Source: a virus. From it: a DNA stretch of 64,000 bases. How positions within the stretch are numbered: position 1 is the stretch's first letter; the number at the start of each line of letters is the position of its first letter. This document shows, in pieces, positions 31,348-40,212 of the stretch. The position numbers and the translations under genes were made by a program. Location: the IMG/VR virus record IMGVR_UViG_3300045988_138926, positions 17,121 to 81,120 of that record; one strand, given 5' to 3'. Below the pieces are notes generated by a model that did not search any database, was not told the DNA's origin, and saw only the letters and a list, made by a program, of their open reading frames with translations.

Positions 31348-31977
31348 TTATTTAAATCTCCATATATATCCATAAGCCATGAACTTATCCCCTCTACATA
31401 CCTTTGATACAAAACTTGGATCATATCCGTCATTCGCCACAGATGACACCGATTCGTAGTTCTTTAAAACATTCCCCTCTTTATCTAATTTTAAAACTTC
31501 TTTTTTTAGGTGATCGTATAATCCATTTTCATGATTCAATATTGATGCTTTCGACATCTTTTCTTTTACATTTCTTCTGCTAAAAACATCTTTCATTGAA
31601 TTTGCAAGTTTCTCTTTAACATCCTCTCTATTCATTGCTAATTTTAAAGATTTCGAGGCGTTTATTCTTGTTTGTGGAAAATTACAATTCTCTTTTGGAG
31701 TGCACCATCTTAAATTGTCGCTTCGATTATCATTTCTTATACAATTTATATGATCAACATGATTTTTCCATTCTTCTTTTTCACAAAATGCCAATGCTAC
31801 AAGCCTATGTACATAGAGTTGTTTTAGCACTCCCTCTCTTCTTAAAGACACAGTATTATATCCATTTTCTTTTTCTTGCTGTTTCAATATTTTCATGCTT
31901 TTCAGACTTCTAATATTACCCATATTACTTACTTGATATCCATTATATCCGTCAATATCAGCCCATTTTTCTTCCAT
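31348..31977 (-). CDS. free-standing HNH homing endonuclease (HNH_3 / NUMOD-type)
   Basis: NGYQVSNMGNIRS ... LYVHRLVALAF ... VDHINCIRNDNRSDNLRWCTPKEN. Flanked by 70-85 nt gaps unlike its neighbours. Confidence 0.75.
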   Translation of the reverse strand: MEEKWADIDGYNGYQVSNMGNIRSLKSMKILKQQEKENGYNTVSLRREGVLKQLYVHRLVALAFCEKEEWKNHVDHINCIRNDNRSDNLRWCTPKENCNFPQTRINASKSLKLAMNREDVKEKLANSMKDVFSRRNVKEKMSKASILNHENGLYDHLKKEVLKLDKEGNVLKNYESVSSVANDGYDPSFVSKVCRGDKFMAYGYIWRFK

Positions 31978-31992
31978 TGTTATTTCGCTTTT

Positions 31993-32517
31993 TTATATTA
32001 ATCCCTTCCCGTGCTTATCATACCACAGCATAGTTATCACATTCCATGCAGCCGCAGCTAAATGGTGCACGTTAGTCTCTTTATCCATTCTCTCTCCTTT
32101 CAGGTATGCCATTATATGCCTGGCAGCCGCAGCACGATACCGTTCAAACCCGTTGTCAAGGTTCTGCCATTTATTGGGTCCGTACTTCTTTGCACCAGCA
32201 TGATAGACTCTTACAATGTCTTCAATCTCCTCCATTGGAAGTAAATCCCATCGTAGTTTATCGTCAATGATGTCATTTTTCACCGATTTGTTTTCTCTGG
32301 ATACTTTGACAGGAATAATACCCATAATATCCGTTTCTGTGACGAACGTCTCTCCATTGCAACAAACCTCGGCATATTCATCATTTACTTCTATGTCTGA
32401 TACCGCCTCGACTATAGCTCCTTTGGTGATTTTAAATTTGGAGCTGATTACATCGTCTTCCAACATGCGAAAAATAGATCCTTTTGGATAAAGGATATTT
32501 TTAGTATTATCATCCAT
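31993..32517 (-). CDS. hypothetical protein, 174 aa, possible nucleotide pyrophosphohydrolase-like (DUF5664-like) C-terminal domain
   Basis: YHAGAKKYGPNKWQNL...ERYRAAAARHIMAYL...HHLAAAAWNVITMLW. This resembles a phage dNTP pyrophosphohydrolase N-domain pattern. Low certainty. Confidence 0.5.
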   Translation of the reverse strand: MDDNTKNILYPKGSIFRMLEDDVISSKFKITKGAIVEAVSDIEVNDEYAEVCCNGETFVTETDIMGIIPVKVSRENKSVKNDIIDDKLRWDLLPMEEIEDIVRVYHAGAKKYGPNKWQNLDNGFERYRAAAARHIMAYLKGERMDKETNVHHLAAAAWNVITMLWYDKHGKGLI

Positions 32518-32572
32518 CTTTTATCTTGTTTTATCGTTGCTTTAATTAATTGATATAATAATATATAATCCA

Positions 32573-33199
32573 TCATCCTTTTTCTACAAAGCGATCAAAT
32601 TCTTCTCCGCTCATGACAATGCGGTTAATGATAATTATGCCGTTATTGCTATAACTATCATTTTTAACTCCCATATCATCAAGCTCCTTCTTTAAGTCTT
32701 CAAATGTGGGACCTTTCTTGTCTTTGAAAAATAAAGTAGCATGTGCAACCTTTCCGTTGTTTAGTTTTACCCTCACGGTATAGATATACCCTTTTTCCTC
32801 TTCATCCTTTTTGTTGACACCATCAAGGATGCTATTTATCATATCCTTGTCCTCACGTGATAGGTTGGATATGGCTATTCTGCCCTTTAATCTAAATATT
32901 TCGTTTTCGTTCATGACTTTCTGTTTTTTATTGTTTTCAAAATATTGTCTTACAGCTTCTATAGCCTTATCATCATCAAAAGCTTCTTCAAACTCCGTGT
33001 AGAACCTATCTCGCTCCATGCAGAATGTGTTTTTCCCTTCCGGTATAGGACGGAACACAACCACCCTCTCTTTGTCGTGATTGGTTCCTATTATGTTATT
33101 GTCTAAGATAATAGAATACTTTCTTGAACTTTTGTTGATAACAACATCATGTTGAAGACCATACAATTTAAGTATTTCCCTTAATTCATTTGTTTCCAT
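32573..33199 (-). CDS. hypothetical protein, 208 aa
   Basis: ORF. Confidence 0.55.
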   Translation of the reverse strand: METNELREILKLYGLQHDVVINKSSRKYSIILDNNIIGTNHDKERVVVFRPIPEGKNTFCMERDRFYTEFEEAFDDDKAIEAVRQYFENNKKQKVMNENEIFRLKGRIAISNLSREDKDMINSILDGVNKKDEEEKGYIYTVRVKLNNGKVAHATLFFKDKKGPTFEDLKKELDDMGVKNDSYSNNGIIIINRIVMSGEEFDRFVEKG

Positions 33200-33556
33200 T
33201 TACATCACTCCTACTAAATTCACTTTTATAGAACCATTTATGGTTTTAATGCTCCCATCTATGGTTGAAATCACATCATCTATATCATTTATAATGCCTT
33301 CCATGTCATCAACCACCTCCTCCATATCAGTTACAGCCCGATCTGATTCCCAATATCTTTCTGAGTCTTGTAACGATTCCGGTATATTATCTCTCGCCTC
33401 CGTCTCTTCATCTAAAATCATATCAATATCATCTTTGGCTGAATTTATGTTGTGCTTTAACTCCGATAACTTTGATTTGATGTATTCAAAATCTGTTTTA
33501 TACTTATTTGCGTTTTTGATAACATCTGATATTTTTTTTCTTCTCTTGTTGTTCAT
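33200..33556 (-). CDS. acidic hypothetical protein, 118 aa
   Basis: ORF. Asp/Glu-rich. Confidence 0.45.
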   Translation of the reverse strand: MNNKRRKKISDVIKNANKYKTDFEYIKSKLSELKHNINSAKDDIDMILDEETEARDNIPESLQDSERYWESDRAVTDMEEVVDDMEGIINDIDDVISTIDGSIKTINGSIKVNLVGVM

Positions 33557-34983
33557 GCTTTTATCCTATTATAATATTCGATAATCTTTTCTTTCCTATC
33601 TCCCGGTTTTACTGCCATATTCTCAGCCAAGAACCTAAAATACGACACCGGTATGTCCTTGAATCTAATTCCTTCATATTTTCCAAACCACATTATTATA
33701 CTGTCAAGATCGTCTTCTCTCCTACCATCTCCATTCACAGATTTAAGAGAAGCTGCCCGGCGAAGGATTTCGTCTTTGGTAACAATATCCCCCATCCTTA
33801 TATTGGACAGAAGTTGATCGCCGGCAAACATACACCATCCCTTAGAAGGAAATTGTTCGATCGTTAAATCTTCTATCCGGCCGAAACGCCTCATGTTGTC
33901 GCAGCAATCAACTATCAGCGCCTCTTTCTTGTCAGGATGGATGCGGACGGCGCGGCCTAATATTTGGTAATAAGTTGAATATGAGAAAGTTGGTCGACCA
34001 AACATCACACAATCAAGTTCAGGAAAATCAAATCCGGTAGCAAGCGTTGAATAATTAAAAACCACCTTCAACTTACCTTCTTTGAAATCGGATATGATTT
34101 GCTCTCTTTTCTTTTTGGTTGTTAGCGATGTTACGACACCGGTTATGGCTCCCATCCTGGCATTCATGAACTCTGATATTCTATTACATGATTCGATAGA
34201 ATCCATGCAAACCAAAATGGCTTTACGCTCGTTCATAAGTTGAAGAAGGCGCTTGTAGATAGAGTTGTTTAAGCCGTTTCGTACAATACTTTCTTTAATA
34301 GATTCGTTGGTGTATTCGGCTCCGGTGCTGTTTAACATCAGAGCCGATTCATCAAACGACCATCGTTCGTACTTAAGTGGGCACCAAAACCCTTGAGAAG
34401 TTAGCTCTTGTATTTGAGTTACGTGAACTATCTTCTTAAAGAAGTTATGTTCGTCTTTCGTCAGCATATTGAGCTTGCTATAGTTCCCTTCCAGCATGGA
34501 GCTGTAGGTCCGGAGGCGGCAGGGCGTGGCAGTGAAGCCCAGCACCTTCGCCTCTGGGAACTCGTTCATAAACTCCATAAATTCAGAACCTTCTTCTGGG
34601 GAATATCCTGAATGACATTCGTCTATCAATAAGGTATCTATCCCTATATCCTTCAACTTCGCTACATCTTTCTTTATGCTCTTTAATGTTGCATAAGTCA
34701 TGGCCGACAGTTCTTTTACACCACATGAAGCAGAATATATAGTAGGCTCAGAGCCGAATGATATAGCCTTCGCATAATTCTGCTCCAGAATCTCTTTAGA
34801 TGGTTGCAATACAAGAATAGGTCTTTTTAATTCATGAGCTATCTTGCTAATTATTAAAGACTTCCCCGCTGCACACGGCAAGACTTCTATGCCAGGCTTC
34901 TTAGATCTTCCTGTAAGAAACTTAAGCCCGGCATCTACTGCCTCTTTTTGGTAAGGTCTAAGTTCAAAGCCCACTGCAATCAA
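33553..34983 (-). CDS. SF2 DNA/RNA helicase (DECH-box, UvsW/type III res-like)
   Basis: LRPYQKEAV; Walker A LPCAAGKS; Walker B LLIDECH; motif III FTATP; helicase C-terminal domain. Confidence 0.75.
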   Translation of the reverse strand: MIAVGFELRPYQKEAVDAGLKFLTGRSKKPGIEVLPCAAGKSLIISKIAHELKRPILVLQPSKEILEQNYAKAISFGSEPTIYSASCGVKELSAMTYATLKSIKKDVAKLKDIGIDTLLIDECHSGYSPEEGSEFMEFMNEFPEAKVLGFTATPCRLRTYSSMLEGNYSKLNMLTKDEHNFFKKIVHVTQIQELTSQGFWCPLKYERWSFDESALMLNSTGAEYTNESIKESIVRNGLNNSIYKRLLQLMNERKAILVCMDSIESCNRISEFMNARMGAITGVVTSLTTKKKREQIISDFKEGKLKVVFNYSTLATGFDFPELDCVMFGRPTFSYSTYYQILGRAVRIHPDKKEALIVDCCDNMRRFGRIEDLTIEQFPSKGWCMFAGDQLLSNIRMGDIVTKDEILRRAASLKSVNGDGRREDDLDSIIMWFGKYEGIRFKDIPVSYFRFLAENMAVKPGDRKEKIIEYYNRIKA

Positions 34984-35362
34984 TATTATAATTCTGTGCG
35001 TAAAATCTTATTTCTTCTACCATTATTTTCCTTGCTATTTCTATATCGTCTTCATCCAAGCATATATTACATTCTACATAATCGGGATACGATATAGTAT
35101 TTGCATCTCCTATCGTGTATGCGCAACAATAATCAAACTCTGGTTCTTTGGCTACAGGAATAAAATCTTTGTCATCTGCCTCTGACAAAGCGCAGTACTC
35201 AACATCTGTTTCACACAATACAGTCAATTTTTCGACTTTTATAGTCAGATTATTATCTTCATAATGACCACTATAAAGCCATAATTCCTTCCCCTTGTTT
35301 TTGTAGAAGTCATCCAGTCTTTCCTTGATACTTTTCGCTTTTTTGATTTCAATCTTTTCCAT
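34964..35362 (-). CDS. hypothetical protein, 132 aa
   Basis: ORF. Confidence 0.45.
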   Translation of the reverse strand: MEKIEIKKAKSIKERLDDFYKNKGKELWLYSGHYEDNNLTIKVEKLTVLCETDVEYCALSEADDKDFIPVAKEPEFDYCCAYTIGDANTISYPDYVECNICLDEDDIEIARKIMVEEIRFYAQNYNIDCSGL

Positions 35363-35372
35363 GACATTTTTT

Positions 35373-35681
35373 TTAATTAGTTATTAAAATATATCTTTTA
35401 ACAATATCTTCAAGCTCCATAGAAAATAACAAACCTGGGCTTTTTTCGTACTCGTACAGAGTGTACCCTTCCTTTATGTCTAATATCTTAATCACATGCT
35501 TGCCTCTTTCAAATGGATCCGTGAAGTAGCCTTTGTATTCGTATCTTTGACCTACTTTTATTTTGTCGGTTTTCTTCTTCATCTTATACCGATCTATCGC
35601 CCTGCTTATTTTTATAAGAGCCGTTACAAACAGGTATGATAATAAAAAGACTGCCGCTCCTGTTATCAATGCTTCTTTCAT
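35373..35681 (-). CDS. small membrane protein, 102 aa
   Basis: N-terminal TM helix ALITGAAVFLLSYLFVTALI. Confidence 0.45.
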   Translation of the reverse strand: MKEALITGAAVFLLSYLFVTALIKISRAIDRYKMKKKTDKIKVGQRYEYKGYFTDPFERGKHVIKILDIKEGYTLYEYEKSPGLLFSMELEDIVKRYILITN

Positions 35682-35847
35682 TGCACCTCTTTTAAGTAAT
35701 TAAACCAAATAGCTTCCATCTTTTCCTGAAGCTCAAACGCCTTTTTAAAATTTCCGCACCGTACCGCCACGTTCCTCATCTCTTCAAGATATATGACTTC
35801 CGGATCTTGCCGGTATTTTGTTCTTAACTTTTGAACATCCTCGTATT

Positions 35848-36867
35848 TCATCGCTTTATCTTTTTAGACGGATCCCAATCTGAAGAGAAAGGGCATTCGT
35901 TTTTGTTATGTAATCCAAAGTCACAATAATAACACAGTGCCGACGGGCAGGGTAGCTTGTTTTGCGAAACAGGCTGGCTTAGGGTGGCACGCCGCTTGCT
36001 ATACCTGGCTCCTTCTGCTCCCTGGATGTACGCTTGAAATGATTTTACACTATTATCTTCAAAATCATACATTTTAGATAAAGTGTCATTTAGCATCTCT
36101 ATAGATTTTGTTTTACGTTCCTCATCCACTTTAACCTTTTGGTATTGTCTGGTCCTGGTAAAGAAATAGATGTTCATATCTGGCAGAACTCCACCATATT
36201 TTCTATAGATGTAAAACGAATATATAGGATGCTGTAAATTCGTTTCCAACTTCTTAGAATCAAAAACCTTATTACCTGATTTCCAATCTATGACATAATG
36301 GTGAACTACGTTCTTGCTCTTTATAGCCAGATGAAGATCTACCGATCCTACTATGTACACATGTGTATGAACGTCACCATTTATATCAACAGGCTTAGGA
36401 AGACGATACGGCAGCACAAAATCTTCTTCGACTCCAATTATAGCGCCGTGTCTGATAAGTTTCTCACAGGGATTAAGATCACTATCAGCTATCATAAACC
36501 TATTGCCATCTTTTTTAAACAGATCCACAATCCAAGCAAGAAGTTCCCCAGATTGCTTCATGGCCATCATCATATTTTCTGGTGATTGCCAAGGTATGTC
36601 TTCTTGGTAAGCATAGTAACTTATCGCTTCCCCCAGGTCTTTGCCAGAAGGCTGTCTTCCGTTCTTAAAGAAGTATTCCAGTGTCTTATGGATAACCGTA
36701 CCATAGGATGTAGCTTCTTGTTTTTCCGTAGACCTTTTGCCCTCCACGTAAGTTTTATACCATTTCATTGGACAAGTAAGAAACGTATCTATCTGGGAAT
36801 AAGATATGGCAAGACGTTTCACACCATTAAACTCCTTATATAGCAAATGCGTTTCCGGGACCATCAT
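35848..36867 (-). CDS. Cas4/RecB-like PD-(D/E)xK exonuclease with Fe-S cysteine cluster (putative)
   Basis: N-terminal Cys (FLTCPMKWY). Core D...VIDWKSG. C-terminal CPSALCYYCDFGLHNKNECPF (C-x5-C-x2-C-x9-C). This is the Cas4/AddB nuclease architecture. Confidence 0.45.
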   Translation of the reverse strand: MMVPETHLLYKEFNGVKRLAISYSQIDTFLTCPMKWYKTYVEGKRSTEKQEATSYGTVIHKTLEYFFKNGRQPSGKDLGEAISYYAYQEDIPWQSPENMMMAMKQSGELLAWIVDLFKKDGNRFMIADSDLNPCEKLIRHGAIIGVEEDFVLPYRLPKPVDINGDVHTHVYIVGSVDLHLAIKSKNVVHHYVIDWKSGNKVFDSKKLETNLQHPIYSFYIYRKYGGVLPDMNIYFFTRTRQYQKVKVDEERKTKSIEMLNDTLSKMYDFEDNSVKSFQAYIQGAEGARYSKRRATLSQPVSQNKLPCPSALCYYCDFGLHNKNECPFSSDWDPSKKIKR

Positions 36868-37211
36868 AAGTCATTGTCTTTAAATCCTTCTGGGTAATAT
36901 ACGACATACTTCTTACCGTCTTCTGGTGTCATGGCAAACTGCATGTAGTTATTACGATTACGATGCTTGCCATCCAATCCTCGTTTCCAATACAGGATAC
37001 CGTCTATATCCACATAAGATCGGCCGCGGTCGGCTCTAACCACGTCCGTGTGTAGCAGATACCCGTCGGAAGACACAATCCACACTTTATCCCCTTTGCT
37101 TAAATAAGATATTCTTTTTCTTACAACAACCCTTTTCTTATTATCCAATACAAATTCCTCGTCAGTCATACTCTTCATCCTCCTCTTCTTCTGTTTCAAA
37201 ATCAATTCCAT
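36864..37211 (-). CDS. hypothetical protein, 115 aa, immediately downstream (minus-strand sense) of the orphan omega-RNA-like element
   Basis: ORF. No IscB similarity. Confidence 0.5.
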   Translation of the reverse strand: MELILKQKKRRMKSMTDEEFVLDNKKRVVVRKRISYLSKGDKVWIVSSDGYLLHTDVVRADRGRSYVDIDGILYWKRGLDGKHRNRNNYMQFAMTPEDGKKYVVYYPEGFKDNDL

Positions 37212-37311
37212 ATCCCATATTCTATTAAATATATTTAAAGTTATTCGTATGTTTTAATACATCCCCTCGGAGACCTTTCGGTCTCCTTGGTAGATGTAAA
37301 TCCCGTTAGGG

Positions 37312-37523
37312 ATAAGTCAGGATTTCTCCTGTAAGTACCCATCGCCAATGTTATAAGAGGTTTTATATAATGGCAACACTGTTTCGTCAAATACACTACT
37401 CCTGTTTAATCACCATCCTTAGAGCTACGGACTTGGGTAAACATCCGTAGGTAACTATCTATTCTCAAATAACGTAGCCTTCGTTTCAAGGCTTAGGCTA
37501 ATAACCCGATCTCTGAAAGAGAT
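37312..37523 (-). ncRNA. orphan IscB-type omega-RNA (HEARO)-like structured RNA, paralog of the element upstream of iscB
   Basis: About 75 percent identical over roughly 210 nt to 49176-49387 in the same orientation. Differences are compensatory in at least three stems: cagga/tcctg vs cagag/ctctg, agcctt/aaggct vs agtgtt/aacact, and atctct/agagat vs aatagc/gctatt. Strand is inferred from the iscB copy. Confidence 0.55.
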
Positions 37524-37750
37524 GTATTAAACTTTTATAATAGAATTATATTAGTTTAATACTATTTGGGGTTATAACACTGATCATAATGCTTGGTCAG
37601 TTCTTCTGGTTCTAAATCTTGTCCAAAATCCATGTTAAAAATATCGTAATTAGTAAAGCACTAAAAATCACTATTCCTGCTGGCATGAAATCTATAAATG
37701 CTGCTTTTGCTTCTTCAATTAGGCCCAAGTGTAACCTTGGGCCATTGTAT

Positions 37751-39451
37751 TTATTTTTTGTCATCTCCTTTTAATTTCTTTAAAGTATCTGCAATCGGAA
37801 GCTGATCGATGACTCCCAATGCCGGAGCGACGGTCTTGACAACATTGTTAAGGAAATTACCGGTACTGTTCTGACCGCCGTCAAATACCGTGATATTTCC
37901 GAGGTTAATGTGCTCAAATGCTTTAACCTGTTCTCCAGCAATTTCTTTCCACTGATTAACCATCTTGTACTGGATGGCGATCTGGGGATTGGATTCTGCT
38001 GCTTCCACCATAGCCTTAAATCCGTCGGCTTCTGCCATTAACGACTTTTTCTTACCTTCGGCTTCTGCCTCCAGCTTCATCTGAATAGCTTTTGCCTCCG
38101 CCTCAGCTTTTGCCAAATGTGCTGCTGCCTCAGCCTCAGCCCGGCGTTTGATCTTCTCGGCCTCGGCATCAGCTTGTAAGATAGCCTCTTCCTTCTGGGT
38201 TTCAGCCGGCACAATCTTTTCAGCCTTAAGCGCAGCCTGAACTTTCTTAGCCTTAGCTTCTTCCACTTCTTTATCAGCAAGCTCTTTTGCCGTTTTTACA
38301 GCCGCTTCCGATTTAACTTTTTCTTCTCCGGCCTTCTTTTCTGATTGAGCTTTGATAATCTGTAGTTCTGATACTGACACAGCAACCTCCTTCTGGGCAT
38401 TGTTGTATCCTATAGACGCATTTTTCTCAGCCTCAGCCTTCTTAATCTGAGCTTCAGAGTCTTGTATTGCTATAGCTGCTTCCTTGTCAGCTTCAGCCTT
38501 ATTCTTTCCGACTTCTTCCATCCTTTCAGCCTCGGCTTTATTTACTTCAAGTTCTGCCTTAGATCTTACAATCGCCGATTCCTTGTCGGTTAAAGTTTTT
38601 GCGATAACCGCAGCCCTGTCTCTATCTGCTTGAGCTACGCCGATCTGTTTCTCTTTATCGGTTAAAGCCAAGGCTATTTCTTTTTCTTTCTTCGTTTCAG
38701 CTACTATCGTTTCCTTTTCTTTTTCAGTACAAGCAATTTGAATCTCTTGTTCTTTTTTGGTATTAGCCACAGCCGTTTCTTTCTCCTTCTGCTGTACAGC
38801 AATCTTAATAGCACCCAGCTTCTCCTGCTCTTCGATATTAGCTTGTGCTTCGTTCAGAGCCCTACTTTCAGCCTCCTTACCAAGGTTCATAATATAACCT
38901 GCTTCGTCTCTGATGTCACTGATGTTGATGTTCAGGAGGTAAAGACCTAACTTGTTAAGCTCGTTATCAATGTTCTTTCTTGCCTTATCCAAAAACTCAT
39001 CCCTGTCAGAATTAAGTTTTTCGATTGTCATTTCAGCAATAATCAAACGCATCTGACCGTAAACGATGTCCGTAATAAGATTTTCAGTAGATTCGGTATC
39101 CATCCCCAAAAGTCTTTCTGCCGCATTTTGCATGATTTCGGGATTTGTACTGATAGCTACTGTAATGGTCGTAGGTACATCTACTCTAATATTCTGAGAT
39201 GACAAAGCACCGGTAAGCTTGCAATCTATTTGCATAGGCTCCATTGACAAAACATCATAGCTTTGAATAATAGGCAAGACGAATGCCGCTCCACCATGAT
39301 ATAATTTCGCCGACTTCTTTTCCCCACCTGTCTTACCGTAAACGACCAAGACCTGATTAGGCTTACATCTACGATACCTTGATAAGACTCCGATGATTGT
39401 CAAAATAATCACTACAGCTAAGATAGCTGACACGTACATGATTGTTGTCAT
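37751..39451 (-). CDS. flotillin-like SPFH/band-7 protein (FloT/YuaG-like), 566 aa
   Basis: N-terminal TM anchor YVSAILAVVIILTIIGVL, then an SPFH domain, then a long Ala/Glu/Lys-rich coiled coil (EAEKNASIGYNNAQKE...KAEAEAKAIQMKLEAEAEGKK) typical of flotillins. Confidence 0.8.
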   Translation of the reverse strand: MTTIMYVSAILAVVIILTIIGVLSRYRRCKPNQVLVVYGKTGGEKKSAKLYHGGAAFVLPIIQSYDVLSMEPMQIDCKLTGALSSQNIRVDVPTTITVAISTNPEIMQNAAERLLGMDTESTENLITDIVYGQMRLIIAEMTIEKLNSDRDEFLDKARKNIDNELNKLGLYLLNINISDIRDEAGYIMNLGKEAESRALNEAQANIEEQEKLGAIKIAVQQKEKETAVANTKKEQEIQIACTEKEKETIVAETKKEKEIALALTDKEKQIGVAQADRDRAAVIAKTLTDKESAIVRSKAELEVNKAEAERMEEVGKNKAEADKEAAIAIQDSEAQIKKAEAEKNASIGYNNAQKEVAVSVSELQIIKAQSEKKAGEEKVKSEAAVKTAKELADKEVEEAKAKKVQAALKAEKIVPAETQKEEAILQADAEAEKIKRRAEAEAAAHLAKAEAEAKAIQMKLEAEAEGKKKSLMAEADGFKAMVEAAESNPQIAIQYKMVNQWKEIAGEQVKAFEHINLGNITVFDGGQNSTGNFLNNVVKTVAPALGVIDQLPIADTLKKLKGDDKK

Positions 39452-39482
39452 AACTTTTAAAATTTAATTGTTGATAAAAAAA

Positions 39483-39971
39483 TTAGATACTTAATTCTCC
39501 TTCTTCATATTTTATATTCGCCTTGTCGCCGTTTTTGTAGGTTTTTCCAGACAAGCATCTTACTCTCATTTGCTCTTGTCTTCCATTTTTCGAAATATTT
39601 ACCATATAATGATTCTTCCCTGATCTAAATACTATCTCCACTTCTCTTCCGTTTAAATCTTCCGGACATTCGTACACCATTTCTTGCTTTAACTTAAGAA
39701 GTAACTTATATACGTAAAACAAAATGATAAAGAAAAACGACCCTATCACAACCCCTACTAAATGGGAACCCGAAAAGTACGTGGCCCAGCTATATCCAAG
39801 AATAAAATGCGTTATACCCTTGAATGATATGATGTCCGACAAAGACATGCTTAAATCAGAAGCACTGTCAATATCCGTATCCAGATCAGATCCTAATATC
39901 GACAACAAAAACTGTATAACAAAAGCAAATGATGCTATTAAAGCCATGCATAAAATTATATCACTTCCCAT
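39483..39971 (-). CDS. NfeD-like membrane protein (YuaF-like flotillin partner), 162 aa
   Basis: Multi-TM N-terminus followed by a soluble beta-rich C-terminal domain. Lies immediately upstream of the flotillin gene, as in nfeD-floT operons. Confidence 0.55.
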   Translation of the reverse strand: MGSDIILCMALIASFAFVIQFLLSILGSDLDTDIDSASDLSMSLSDIISFKGITHFILGYSWATYFSGSHLVGVVIGSFFFIILFYVYKLLLKLKQEMVYECPEDLNGREVEIVFRSGKNHYMVNISKNGRQEQMRVRCLSGKTYKNGDKANIKYEEGELSI

Positions 39972-40212
39972 ACCCTTCTGTTATTATTTTGTAAACAAGA
40001 TCAGTCATATCTTTGATGGTCTCCATATCATAATCAATAATAACAATATTGAATTTTTGTTCCACCATCACTTCCAGTTCAATTTGATCAACAGAATCTA
40101 ATCCAAGTTCTTTAAACGTCACATCTTCTTCATGAACTATATCTATTTCCGAATTAAGAAACTGAGTAATAATTATATCCTCTATTATCTTTCTGATTCT
40201 TACTTTTTCCAT
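39961..40212 (-). CDS. acyl carrier protein-like, 83 aa
   Basis: FKELGLDSVDQIELEVMVEQKFNIVI matches the ACP phosphopantetheine-attachment motif LGxDSLdxVELvM. Confidence 0.65.
   Translation of the reverse strand: MEKVRIRKIIEDIIITQFLNSEIDIVHEEDVTFKELGLDSVDQIELEVMVEQKFNIVIIDYDMETIKDMTDLVYKIITEGYGK

Noticed and set aside
37312-37523. Interpretation of the repeated structured element as a group I/II intron or a riboswitch
   Set aside because: The element is in untranslated gaps, not inside a coding sequence. One copy sits exactly where IscB omega-RNAs are encoded, immediately 5' of iscB. Its size and multi-hairpin layout fit that family.
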